Shown here in pieces: positions 12,201 through 24,508 of a stretch of 64,000 bases of DNA. The notes under the pieces are model-generated. The model made no database searches, was not told where the DNA came from, and worked only from the letters and a program-made list of their open reading frames with translations. Source of the DNA: Octopus sinensis (taxonomy: Eukaryota); NCBI RefSeq assembly GCF_006345805.1, contig NC_043000.1, positions 16,926,001-16,990,000 on the forward strand. Direction: 5' to 3'. How positions within the stretch are numbered: the first letter of the stretch is position 1; each line of letters starts with the position of its first letter. The translations under genes and the position numbers were made by a program.

Positions 12201-12502
12201 TTCTTTATAGTAGTTCATGAACATGAAAGCTAGGAAAGAAATGCTGTATGTTCTATCATTCATGCTTTGCCAATACATATAATATCAGCAGAAACCCATA
12301 CTGATAAAAGTCATGGAATGATGTGCTTAATGCAAAACATTCCCAATTGAAATCTACCTCTTAGCAGGAGGAAGAAAACAAAAACCTAACAGCAACTGTT
12401 AGTGACTCCTCACCAGTAAAAAAAAGTGGAGGGAGATAATTTCAAAGAATTAGGGATTAATCATTCAAAATTTATTTGCATAGGCCATTATTGCAGATTA
12501 GT

Positions 12503-13141
12503 CTTTACTCTTTTACTTGTTTCAGTCATTGTGGCCATGTTGGAGCACTGCCTTTTAGTCGAGCAAATTGACCCTAGGACTTATTCTTTGTAAGCCTAGT
12601 ACTTATTCTATCAGTTTCTTTTGCCGAACTGCTAAGTTACGGGGACGTAAGCACACGAGCATCGGTTGTCAAGCGATGTTGGGGGGACAAACACAGACAC
12701 AAACATATATATATATATACATATTCCCGTGCCGGTGGCACGTAAAAAGCACCATCCGTTCGTGGCTGTTGCCAGCGCCGCCCCGACTGGCCTCCGTGCC
12801 GGTGGCACGTAAAAGCACCATCCGTTCATGTCCGTTTGCCAGCTCCGTCTGGCACCTGTGCGGGTGGCACGTAAAAAGCACGCACTACACTCGCGGAGTG
12901 GTTGGTGTTAGGAAGGGCATCCAGCCGTAGAAACACTGCCAGATCTGACTAGGCCTGATGCAGCCTTCTGGCTTCACAGACCCCAGTTGAACCGTCCAAC
13001 CCATGCTAGCATGGAAAACGGACACTAAATGATGATGATGATGATGATATATACAACGGGTTTCTTTCAGTTTCCGCCTACCAAATCCACTCACAAGGCT
13101 TTGGTCAGCCTGAGGCTTATAGTTGAAGACACTTGCCCAAG
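12503..13141 (-). mobile_element. SINE family B (head-truncated) interrupted by a family C element
   Basis: B tail half 12503-12720, B body resumes 13048-13141; insertion sits in the central TA tract. Confidence 0.85.
12728..13047 (+). mobile_element. Family C non-LTR retroposon segment with internal hairpin repeats and (GAT)n tail
   Basis: Three gtgccggtggcacgtaaaaagcac units, then ggagtggttggtgttaggaagggcatcc...aacccatgctagcatggaaaacgg and gatgatgat. Confidence 0.85.
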
Positions 13142-14313
13142 TTACTATTGAGAATAAAAGGGGTCAAGCAACAGATTGTACAATGTCTTCAGTGTTCAGA
13201 AACAGAAAGGAGAGATCCTTGGGCTCATTACTTTAAATATGGTGGTTCTAATTGATTTATGACATTCGAGAAGATCTCTCTCCTGCTGTTACAGGAAATA
13301 TTGCCTGATCATCTCCATTACATCTCAACAAAGGCTGTGATGCTGCAGTTGTTGCTAGACAACACACACACTTATTATACACATAAACAGCCAAAGCAAC
13401 AGTAGGAATGTGTGTATACATGTGTGTGTGTTCAATGGAAAATATGGCTGGATAAGACAACTGGAAGGGCAACAGCTAAAGGGTTTCCACTTGGTTGCTA
13501 GACACCATGGTTCTTCTATATTAGATTACAAATTATATAATTAGCAGAATAGCTCTTATCATTACATTTGTTGGTGGTAGTGGTAGTGCTTCTGCTTTAA
13601 CAACAACAACAACTACTACTACTACTACTACTACTGCTGCTGCTATAATTTCAATTTGATAGTCTCTATGTTGTCACTAGATTTGCTAAAAATGTCAGCT
13701 AAATCTCCCTTATACTACATACTGCCACCTTAAAAAAAAAGGGAGACATTTGCAAATGTACAAGAAACATAGGACAAACAGGAAGGTCACAATTGGAGAG
13801 ACTTTTATGAGATGTCTGTTTAATCAAGATTGAACGAACAAAGCAACTAATTACTAAAGCTGCTGCTGTGACTACTACTACTACTATCAGTAATAATGAT
13901 GATGATGGTGGTGCTGCTAATGACAGCGATGGTGGTAGTGGTGGTTAAAGAGAGAGAAACAAAAGAAACAAGTAGTAAAAAGAAGAAGGATGGAGAAGAA
14001 CACAGAAAGGGGAAAGGTGTGAGGCAAAGAAAATTGAAACTAGAAAATAGAGACAATTGAAGGAAGAAAAATAAGAGAAATGAAAAAGAATTGGGGCAAA
14101 ATATCAATATAACTTCTTGTTCTAAAAGTGGGGTTTGTGATAAAGGATGTGCAATAGAAGGTAGGAAGTGGTGAATATATCAAGGTTCAGCAGAGAAAAG
14201 ACCTACATCAGATTCCAGAGGCTTCAGATGTAACAGGTCTTCCCTACCTTGACCCTGTTCTCCCATTGACATTTCCTTCCCCACCTGACTCAAGTCTTCC
14301 TAAGAAATATTAA

Positions 14314-14537
14314 CCCTTTCGTTACCAATCCATCTAAGACCACCCTTGGTTCTATGGTACAAACTCCCCGTTTTAAAGTGATATGAATATAAAATTTTCC
14401 TCTAAAATCTCAAGCCAATTTATGTTCCAGACATTGGCTTGGTAACAGCAAAGTTATTTTTCTGTATTTTTCATTATTTCCAGAATCAATAGAAATAAAA
14501 GAAGATGTACTTCAATAATAATATGGCAACAGAAGGG
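14314..14537 (-). mobile_element. piggyBac-type MITE family G, old copy
   Basis: TTAA|CCCTTTCGTTACC ... GGCAACAGAAGGG|TCAA; reverse-similar to 17537-17756. Confidence 0.7.
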
Positions 14538-14767
14538 TCAAACCAAGATTGATTTAGTTTAAACTTCAATAATACTACTGCCCAGTACATGCACAACAGC
14601 TTAATAGGGGTCACATGAAAGGCTGTAAAGGGTTCAATACAGTTAGGTATCTTATTGTTGGTTCAAAAAAATTTGTTTAAAAAGCAGTCAAACCATCCTC
14701 AAACCAAGTAGATAGATGTATCAACTATAGAGATATACACCCACGCAAAATGTAATAAATACAAAAT

Positions 14768-14900
14768 CAATCATGTAGCAATCAATGTGCAAATGATACA
14801 CAATCATGTGGCAGTCCATGTGCAACAGATGCGTAGTCATGCAGCAGTCCATGTGAAACATGAACAGCCAGTCATGTAGCAGTCTATGTGCTATAGATAT
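14768..14900. repeat. Degenerate 33-bp minisatellite
   Basis: Units a(a/g)tcatg(t/c)(a/g)gca(a/g)tc at 14768, 14801, 14834 and 14869. Confidence 0.7.
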
Positions 14901-15261
14901 ACGATGACTTATGCAGTAAAGTGCTACAGATACACAATTACCGATGCAGTAACGTGTACAACAGAGGCACCATCACAGATAACTGTTGCACACATCTGAC
15001 TCAAAGGTAGAGATGTGCAACAGTTGCACATCCATGTATATAGGTGTTGCTGTCAAAACACCCTCACATGGAAATGTGAAACAGCTGGGCACCCATACAT
15101 AGAGATGGGGAAACATTCAAGTAGCCACACATGCAAGTGTGCATTCACGTACATTCTGCAGCAGATGCACACAAAATGAAGACGGGACACTTATCAAGAA
15201 AGAGAATACCAGAACATGGTGGTGACTGTGTGTATGTGTGTCCAGGTGTACATTTTGCAGA

Positions 15262-15419
<158 letters not shown>

Positions 15420-17536
15420 ACATGGATTTGTATTTGGGTTTGTGTCATCTGCATATATTTATGTAAGGGCAAAGAGGTGAACTAAGTTAGAGATGAGATG
15501 GGGAGGAAGACAACAAAAACAGGGACGAAAGGGGAGCACATTAATAAGGGATACAGAATTAGATAGAAATACAGGTCTACAACTAGAGAGGGGGGAGAGG
15601 AGGGAGGGAGGGAGGGAAAGAGAAAAGCACTTGACACATAATTATTTGTGACCATGTGACACTAAAGAGGGTTTTTGGATTCACATGTACCACATTCCAG
15701 GCAATGACGCTTCTTATTCCTCTCTCTGTGACCTTCTTTTAACTACAGTTAGGTAAAACAATATTTACTACATATAATTCAGTATTGTATTAGCACTGTA
15801 CTCTTACAGGGCCTTTGGATTCATTTGTGCCATATTCTTAGCAGTTAAGAGCCGTTGATTCCTCTTCCAGTTCCTTTTCCTCTGATAGGAACTTCCTCAT
15901 TTACAGTCTATGTTAATTTATGTTAATTTATGTTCCAAACATTAATTCCTCAATATTCTGAAAATTAATTGAAACAAAACAAAAAGGCAGTGTATTTCTA
16001 CAGAAAATATTAATTAAAGGTTTAACTGATGTGAGGAGCCTTGTAGCAACAAGATGCTTTTATTTATATGTGTATTATGTTTTTTTTTTACAGAATGAAT
16101 ACAAAGACATTGCAAGTGAGAGGTGTCATCCATCTCGTCTGACCAATGAGATTTGAAAATGAATTGTAATAGAGGTCAAGGTCAAGTCAAATATGCAAGT
16201 GTATGTGCGTGTGTCTGGATATGTTCACTTGCTTTTCTATGACTACTGTGGTAGTAGTAGTAATAGCAGTTCTTGGTATTGATGCAGGAACTACAGTTAT
16301 TGTTGTTGTTACAACTACTACTACTACTACAAATACTACTACAGTAATTATTAGCTGTTGTTGTTGCTGTAGTAGGATCTACTGTAATTGATGTTTAGCC
16401 TCAGGTCAACCATTTGATTAAATCTATGGTCAAAGTGTTCCAACCAAGACTATCTCATCTTATTTTCAAAGGCATTTATCTAATTTGTTACTTTTTTTTT
16501 AAAGATGGTAAGGTGAACATTGAGGGAGATCTGACTACTATTTCATGTAAGTCAAGTGACCATGAGAAGCATCCTTGTTGTTTCCACTGCTGTAGTAATT
16601 CATATTAACAGGAGCTGCTGTTTAACACCAGGACAGCTCTGATTAAGCAGACCCATGATCAAAGAGCCACACTCCAGCCTAACAGTAACCTATGTATGTG
16701 TATATATATGTGTGTGTGTGTGTGTGGTGTGTGTGTGTGTGTGTGTGGTGTGTGTGTGTATATATATATATATATATGACTACATTGTTTAATGCATCCT
16801 TCTTTTTGTAAGATGGTAGGGATGTGATTTGAGGGAAATGGTCTGCTATTTTTAGCAGACTAAGTGACGTTTGTGTTGTATTAAAAATTGTTGTTACTAC
16901 TCAAGTAATTCTTGTTACTAGCAAATTGTTGATGTAGTTGCTATTGCTGCAGTAAATCTTACGTCGTAAGGTGGAATAAAAGTGTGTTTCGGTATTTATT
17001 CTGGCTCTTGGCATTCTGAGTTCAAATCTTGCCAAGTCAATTTTTACCATTCAAAAAACAATAATCGTTGTCGTAATGATTACTCTTGCCGCTGTTATTT
17101 CTATCATTGTAATGATTCTTATGACAAATAGTTGTTGTCGCTGTTGTTGTTATTGTTGCTGCTGCTGCTACTTGTCACTGTTGGTGCACTGTTGCTGCTA
17201 CTGTAATAATATCTGCAGTTATTTTTGCTGCTGTTACTGTTATCAATAGTTGTTGTTGTTCTGATGGTTGAAGTTAAATCTAATTGAGCAAGCCCACAGA
17301 CATATAATACAACGCTGGCCAGCCGAAGACGCTTGCTGTTAGTCATACTAGCCATTGTTTTTGCCATCTTTATTGTGAAATATGCAGTCCCGTAACTTCG
17401 TTCTCAACAACAAAAAAAATCCCATTTTAAAGTCAGTTGGGAGTTTTTTGTTACCCACCCCCACCAATATGTCTGTTGAACATATTGAAGGATTATTAAA
17501 AAAACTCCTTTATTGGTCTTGTGATCCCTACTTTAA

Positions 17537-17756
17537 CCCTTTTGTTACCGTATTTATTTTGAGATGCTCTGTGTTTCTTTCAATTATTTAAAATATAACA
17601 AAGAATTTAGTAAAATAACTTAGTCATCATTCAGCTAGTGTTAGGAACATAAATTGTGACTAAGGTTTGGTGGAAGATTTTAATTCAAAACTTATGAAAA
17701 CAAGACATTTGCACTACAGAACCAGAGGCGGTTTCAGCCGGGTTGGTAACGAAGGG
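17537..17756 (+). mobile_element. piggyBac-type MITE family G
   Basis: TTAA|CCCTTTTGTTACC ... GGTAACGAAGGG|TTAA; TTAA at 17533-17536 and 17757-17760. Confidence 0.88.
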
Positions 17757-17837
17757 TTAAAAGAGTAAGGAGATTTGGAAGCATCTATTTAGAAGCCCCT
17801 TCACTAGTTGTTTTTTTTTTCTGTGGTCCCTACTTAA

Positions 17838-18059
17838 CCCTTTAGTGTTCGCATTATTCTGCCAAAATTAATCCTTTTTTATCCACATTGCCTTGAACTA
17901 ATTAGGCAATTATCTTGGTGCTATGAGATTTTGATGAGGTAGCTGTTAATTTTTAAAATGATATTGTAGGGCTGGTGTGAGAGACCAGACCTGGCCAATT
18001 TGAACATAAAACAGGTAGAATACTTTTGGCCGGATATGGCCGGTTTAAATGCTAAAGGG
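17838..18059 (+). mobile_element. piggyBac-type MITE family F
   Basis: TTAA|CCCTTTAG ... CTAAAGGG|TTAA; TTAA at 17834-17837 and 18060-18063. Confidence 0.9.
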
Positions 18060-18847
18060 TTAAAGACAAGAGTTTATTGAGTGAAATTTGACTGCTACAT
18101 AAAGTCAAGCAACAACATGCTTCCGTCAGTGGTTTACAATGAGCCCATTTTGAATCCTGCAGGGCCTTTGTTGACAACTATTTGGTTATTCAACAAATAT
18201 TGAGTGGGGAGTCTATGAAAAAAATCTTCACTGGTTTTGTACATTCTTGAAAGAGATTTGGATGCCATATTGAGCAACAAAAAAGAAGCTTTTTCAATGA
18301 TTTATGCTGCAACAAATTTTAAGAGATTGCAGAAAGGTCATTGTAAATAAGAATAGATGGTTCCTTTTTTAGGACTGTAACCTCTCGACAGAATAGGTAA
18401 GCCCAACAACAAAAGCATTGTGATTTTGGCCACAGTGGCCTTAATTCAGTTAAAATGTCATCAAAACCACAAAATTAGGTTGTTTAAGTGTTGTCATTGA
18501 TATTGAAAATATATCCTCCAGCAATATACATTTGACAATAAATTTGTGAGGAAAGTAACAAACATATTATAGAGCATCCGAAGAAGTTCGTTTTATATAA
18601 GACTATACAAATTCTGATCTTGCACTAAGAGGATTTTGTAGTTATGACATCTAAATAGAAAACATGGGTCAAACAACCTAGAGATCAAAAGTTCAACCCA
18701 GCTGGATCTGATTCAGCTTATATACTGTCACATAAACATCCTCTTTATCAGGATGTTTATATGACAGCCAATGTCCAGGATAACTTATCTGGTGGTGTAG
18801 AGTAGATATGATTAGTGTGTAAGGAAAATTATTTATACATATATATA

Positions 18848-19146
18848 TATCATCATCATCATCATCATCGTTTAGCGTCCGTTTTCCATGCTAGCATGGG
18901 TTGGACGGTTCAACTGGGGTCTGTGAAGCCGGAAGGCTTCATCAGGCCCAGTCAGATCTGGCAGTGTTTCTACGGCTGGATGCCCTTCCTAACGCCAACC
19001 ACTCTGTGAGTGTAGTGGGTGCTTTTTACGTGCCACCCACACAAGTGCCAGACAGAGCTGGCAAACGGCCACGAACGGATGGTGCTTTTATGTGCCACCG
19101 GCACGAGGCCAGTCGGGGCGGCGCTGGCAACGGTCACGAACGGATG
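18848..19146 (-). mobile_element. Family C retroposon
   Basis: Reverse complement of 12728-13047; (CAT)n at 18848. Confidence 0.85.
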
Positions 19147-19311
19147 GTTCTCTTACATTTATACTGTGGTCCCGAACCGAACCGATTGCACGTGTGTTGA
19201 GGATTGCTACGGAATTTATATTTTAGATATATTTGGGGTACTTATGTGTACTCATGACTTTGCCTCTGCTTTTTCCCATGGATGCTTGTAAGCATTTTAT
19301 TTATTTCTTAT

Positions 19312-19380
19312 CGTATTCTCTACTGATGAGTGGAAAAATCCAATGGATTAATCCCGAAATCATTCGATTTAGAGATAACG
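19312..19380 (+). ncRNA. Type I hammerhead ribozyme motif, canonical core
   Basis: Stem I TCTCTA(19317-22)/TAGAGA(19370-75); core CTGATGA 19323-29; stem II 19330-55; GAAA 19356-59; stem III ATC/GAT with ATTC loop; AUU triplet, cleavage after 19369. Confidence 0.75.
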
Positions 19381-19618
19381 CATTTAAAAAAAATTCTGTT
19401 AGCTTGCTTTCCTCGATTCAGCACAATGTGCATTTATAGTGATATATATTTATGTGGTGATTGCCGATTTAAAGTCTATTTCTCAGAATATTGGCACAGA
19501 AATTTTTTTCTTTTGCTCTTATTTATAATTGTTTATAATATTCACCTTAAAAGGTATTTTAATATGCTGGCCACTTGAAATTTTTTTTTGAAAAGATTTT
19601 ATCCAGTATTAGAAGTAA

Positions 19619-19658
<40 letters not shown>

Positions 19659-19814
19659 TATCTATATATATATATATATATAAATTATAGAGATCTACTT
19701 GCATAGCAAGTGATTTGATCTGAGATCGTGTGCTGGAACGAAAAACAATTGCAGCGTGGAAGGTGTTTGTAAGCCATTTAAGAAACGCACAAAAGCCGTT
19801 CGATTCACTTCAAC

Positions 19815-19973
19815 ATTTAAGTTTAAATAGTCAAAATATTTTCGTCGCTAAAATCCGCAACCTGTTCACTGACAAAAATCCGTGCTGCATCTCTGAGATG
19901 CAGCACGGATTTTTGTCAGTGAACAGGTTGCGGATTTTAGCGACGAAAATATTTTGACAAATTAAACTTAAAT
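19815..19973. repeat. Perfect palindrome: 64-bp arms, 1-nt loop (79-bp arms with 2 mismatches)
   Basis: 19830-19893 is the exact reverse complement of 19895-19958; centre T at 19894. Confidence 0.97.
19912..19961 (+). ncRNA. Minimal type I hammerhead-like motif with G3:C8 core swap (mirror copy on minus at 19827-19876)
   Basis: Stem I TTTGTCA/TGACAAA; core GTGAACA 19919-25; extra G; stem II GTTGC/GCGAC; GAAA 19945-48; palindromic AATATT stem III; U17 at 19954. Confidence 0.6.
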
Positions 19974-21478
19974 ATATAAATTATATATATATATATATAA
20001 TATATATATAATATATATATATATATATTATATATATATATATGAATTATATATAACATATTATTATAAACAATGATATATATACATAATACACCATACA
20101 CATGAATTAAATACTTATTTAAGAATAGATATAATTAGTTTTGTTGTAAGACACTTTAGCAGTTACATCTTGACAAAACATATAATTAATTAGTATGTGG
20201 TGAAAATTATATAGCACAACATACAGTGTGTAAATGAATGAATGAATGAATGAATTCTAAAGAAATTATTCTATAGACTTTTCTATATTTTTTTTTTAGG
20301 GAGATTTAACAGCTGCAGTGAGTAGGTCAAGAAAATACACTGAAGCTTTGTTATTCCTATCAATAAGGATACTACATGATGTTGTTGTTGTTGTTGTTGT
20401 TGATATTTTAGAGTATTTGTTGTTGTTGTTGTTTTGTCCCAGGTCATTCCTTACTGAGCAAGCCTATGATCAAAGGCATTCCAGCCTTTTAGCTGCCAAT
20501 GTAGCTAATGCTGTTTAGTCACAGGTCCCAGGCCAGCTTCTGACTGAGCAGGCCTTTGATTAAATGCATTCTACACAATGTCTTTCAGACTACATCATCC
20601 AATGAGTTTGTTCTCCCCCCAACCCTCCCCCCACTCTCTCTCTCTCTCTCTCTTGTTAAGATAGCAAGTTGTCATTTGAGGAGATCTAGCTGCCGTTTTT
20701 AGTGGTTCGAGCAACCATGCAGAAGTCCCTTTCTACTGCTGTAGCCGCCGTTATTGATAAATGTTATTAACGTTGCTTGAATACCGAATACAAGCTAAAC
20801 CAAATCAAGGATAGATTTGTGGCCCAAACAATCTATCCCTATCATCTGTGACCTTTTCTGATCCCTATGGCTGAGCTCTTCACCCCATAAATTCAATTCT
20901 ATAACTCCTTACAATCAACTAGTTTGAATGGCCAACTACTACGGCATAGGGGTGGTGGTGGTGGTGATGGCCATTGTGGAGGTGTTTATGATGATTATTA
21001 TGACGGTAATTGTTGAAATAATGTTAACAGCAATAGTTGTAATCCTATCAGTATAGGAATTAAGAGCAGCATTAGTAGTAGTAGTAGTAGTAATAGTAGT
21101 AGTAGAAGTGGTGGTGGTGGCAGTGGTAGTGATGGTTATAGTAGTGCTAATTTTTATAGTGGTTATTATGCTGCCGATAGTAGTATAAGTGGTAGTGGTG
21201 TTGATAGTAGTGGTGGTGGTGGTGGTGGTGGTGGCCAGTGACGGTGCAAATGCTGTAGCTAAACCAATAGGCTAAAAAATATGCAGAAGAATGTCCCATC
21301 TGAGATGCCAGCTACCTCACTCATTCATTGTTCATCAACCACCACGACACCCCCTTTTTGTTGCCTTCCCCCGTTACTACAATGATTGAAATAAAAATAA
21401 ATAAAAATAAATAAAAAAAAGCCACCACTACCACCACCACATCAATGGTAAGAGAAAAAAAAGGACAGAAAGAAAGAA

Positions 21479-21521
<43 letters not shown>

Positions 21522-22042
21522 GGGACATTTTTCTTAAGCGTCATCAGATATAGATGAATAGATAGATCGACTACATCAGATGAGTCATGTGTTCACGGAC
21601 AGAAGCTTTCTACTGCAATTGTCTTCCTCACTTGGAAGCTGAAGTCTACAGAGAGTAACAGGGAGAGAGAGAGAGGGAGAAAGGCAGTGAAAGGGAGAGA
21701 GAGGTGGGGATGAAGGGAAATTTCTCTGTTGTGTCAATTGGAAGCTGTATGTAATGGAAGGCAAGAGAAAAATTTCAGCGACACACACACATGTTAGCAC
21801 AAATGTGTGTGCGCGCGTATGTGTGTGTGTGTATGTGTGTCTATGCAACAATGTTTGTGTATATGAAGTGCGATGTTGCATTTATTACGTATATGTAATA
21901 TATGCACGAGCGTTAATATCATGACAGTATTAGCAACATTATCTGAAACATACTAAACTGAAAGTGAAAGTACATTTGATAATCATAATGACGAAAACAA
22001 TAATTCGCAACTTTAACAAATAAATATATAAATAAATGAATA

Positions 22043-22085
<43 letters not shown>

Positions 22086-22199
22086 TAATAATAATAAAAA
22101 AAAAAAGTGCAGGAAGAAATCGAGCTAACCATTTTGTCCGACACTGACCACTGTGTCAGTTTACTACCATAATAATGATGATGATGATAATAATGGGTT

Positions 22200-23365
22200 A
22201 TTTATTATTATTGCCACAAGAGAGAGGGACATGAAAAGACTGGTTACAAAGTGTTGGGTTTTACAAAGAATCAAAATTATGTAGTATACAAACGAATGTG
22301 TGAAGAGGTTCCCAGAGAGGAAGACTCCATAGTTTCAAAATTATCCCGACCACTGAAGGTCATTGCTCTCCTTTAGCCGAGAGTAGAGCTTTCCAATAGG
22401 GTCATGCTCACCTTACAACAAAATTACTGGAGAGCAGCACCTCCATTTCCACCCTCGCTTTTCCACTGCAACTTGAGAAAATTGATGAGGATTTAGTTAA
22501 AGAGAAAAGCCCTGCCTCCAGGGCTTTCAGTTGCATCCACCCCAAAGTCACTTTCCTCGTAGTCATAAGACAGAGGAAAAGTGCCTGCATTTCTCCAAGA
22601 AAGATGAGATGATCTCCACGATTGACTTGGCTGATAGATATTATAACTGTCTGACAAGTGACAAAAACTCTACAAGTCACTAATGCTCAGACACTTAATG
22701 AATTTGTGGAAAGTACTTTTGTTACCCTGCGCATATCTTCAATGGACCCAGCTGGTGGCTCCTACAGGCCTGTGTCATTTTATCATGAACTAGCAATTAA
22801 TCGACAGTCTCCAAGTTGAGAGCCCACCAGAATGGACCAGCTTGTCGATTCTTGCTGACACCTGGAGTGTTTCACTTGACTGTAAGTGCCTGCCAAATAT
22901 ACAATCTCAATCTTCATTCCACACAGGACTTCAGTTTATCAAGAAGATTAACTGAGGTAGAACATTGCTAACAAAAGCAACCACATCATCTCACTATCCA
23001 GCAATGTCAGTATAAATCAAAGCCTCAGTACGTGTCTATGTCACAACATACTGAACATAGAGCACAAATGTAAATCTTTCATAAGCGAAAGGACTGATGT
23101 TAAAATCAAGTCAGACAAAAATTGGGGCAAGGCACAATGGTCAGGTGGTAATTGACGATAGAAGTAATATACACATTTGCCACTTCAGGGTTCAACCTTT
23201 TGGTGTCAGATTCCTCTTAGCCCATTTCTACATGAGGCTAGCCATAACTTTATCCTTCCATTGAGACTCTCAGCAGGAAGTCCGAAATTAAACCAGGCTC
23301 CAAGCAATGTAACCATGCTAAATTGTCTGGATTCATTTTTGCTCTTATCAAATGCTTTGTTTTCA
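22200..23365 (-). mobile_element. Decayed Tx1/L1-like LINE, 3' part of ORF2
   Basis: Minus frames give HKFIKCLSISDL*SF (zinc-knuckle remnant) and QALFLCLMTTRKVTLGWMQLKALEAG...KARVEMEVLLSSNFVVR; tail similar to 215-260. Confidence 0.6.
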
Positions 23366-23369
23366 TTCA

Positions 23370-23773
23370 CCCTTTAGATCATCATCATCATCATCATCAT
23401 TTAGCATCCGCTTTCCATGCTAGCATGGGTTGGACGGTTCAACTGGGGTCTGTGAAGCCAGAAGGCTGCATCAGGCCCAGTCTGATCTGGCAGTGTTTCT
23501 ACGGCTGGATGCCCTTCCTAACGCCAACCACTCCGTGAGTGTAGTGGGTGCTTTTTACGTGCCACCCGCACAGCATCCAGATTATTCTGTGGAACGAACT
23601 GCTTATTGATTCACATTGTTTTGAATTGATCATGCATTATCTCGTAGCTTTGAGATTTCAATGATGCAACTGTTTATTTTTAGAAATGACATTGTAAGAT
23701 AAGTGTGAGAGGCTAGATCTAGCCAGTTTGCACATGAAAGAGGTAGAATATAGCCTGTTTAAATGCTAAAGGG
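23370..23773 (+). mobile_element. MITE family F split by a family C insertion (23378-23570, minus)
   Basis: Left TIR ccctttag at 23370-23377; body resumes at cagcatccagatt; right end CTAAAGGG|TTAA. Confidence 0.8.
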
Positions 23774-24092
23774 TTAAGAAGGATACCAGCCCCACCTTCA
23801 CCTCTGTGGTATCAGATCCTGATTTCTAACCTTGCCACAAGACCATCAATCTCAGTATATCACTATTTCTTATTTTATTAACACAGGAAGAATAAATGAC
23901 AAAGTCAATCTCAGTTACAATTTGAAGTTGAGATTGAAAGAAAGTAAACATGAATGTCATAATATTACCAGAAGGGGTAAAGAACTGTTGATTAGATTGA
24001 CAACAGTGCTTAACAGGTACTTATTTTATCCATCCCAGAAGGATTAGAGACAAAGTTTATTGTGGCAGGACTTGAGTAAATAAAAAAAAATT

Positions 24093-24268
24093 CTGGTATG
24101 ATAAGAAGCTTGCTTCCCAACCACACAGTTCTAGGTTCAATCCCACTGTGTGGCACCTTGGGCAAGTGTCTTCTACTATAGCCTTGGGCCAACAAAAGCC
24201 TTGAGTGGATTTGGTAGACGGAAACTGAAAGAAGTTTGTCGTATATCTCTAAATATATATAAATACAT

Positions 24269-24304
<36 letters not shown>

Positions 24305-24508
24305 GTATTTGTATGTTTGTGTTTGATCCCTCACCATTGCTTGACAACCAATGTCGATGTGTTTACATCCCCATAACTTAGCGGTTCGGCAAAAGAGATC
24401 GACAGAATAACTACCAAGTTTACAAAGAATAAGTCTTGGGGGTTGATTTGTTTGACTAAAGGCAGTGCTCCAGCTTGGCCACAGTCCAATGACTGAAACA
24501 AGAAAGAA
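24093..24508 (+). mobile_element. SINE family B, older copy
   Basis: Colinear with 53118-53515 with substitutions. Confidence 0.85.

Larger units (their letters stand above)
19683..19973. mobile_element. Penelope-like or retrozyme-like fragment with terminal fold-back, flanked by (TA)n on both sides
   Basis: Unique sequence between TA tracts 19621-19685 and 19974-20045; contains the palindrome and the hammerhead-like motifs. Confidence 0.5.

Noticed and set aside
18120-18720. Possible DNA-transposase remnant (GHCGQNHN)
   Set aside because: No ordered DDE motifs in any frame and no TIRs found.
19380-19460. GIY-YIG-like peptide on minus (NIYHYKCTLC*IEESK)
   Set aside because: Spacing and key residues do not fit, there are many stops, and orientation is opposite to the adjacent hammerhead.
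22560-23220. DIRS-like RT motifs on the plus strand (ISTIDLADRYY, FRVQPFG)
   Set aside because: Motif spacing is wrong (about 570 nt apart), and the minus strand gives a more coherent Tx1/L1 ORF2 C-terminus plus tail.
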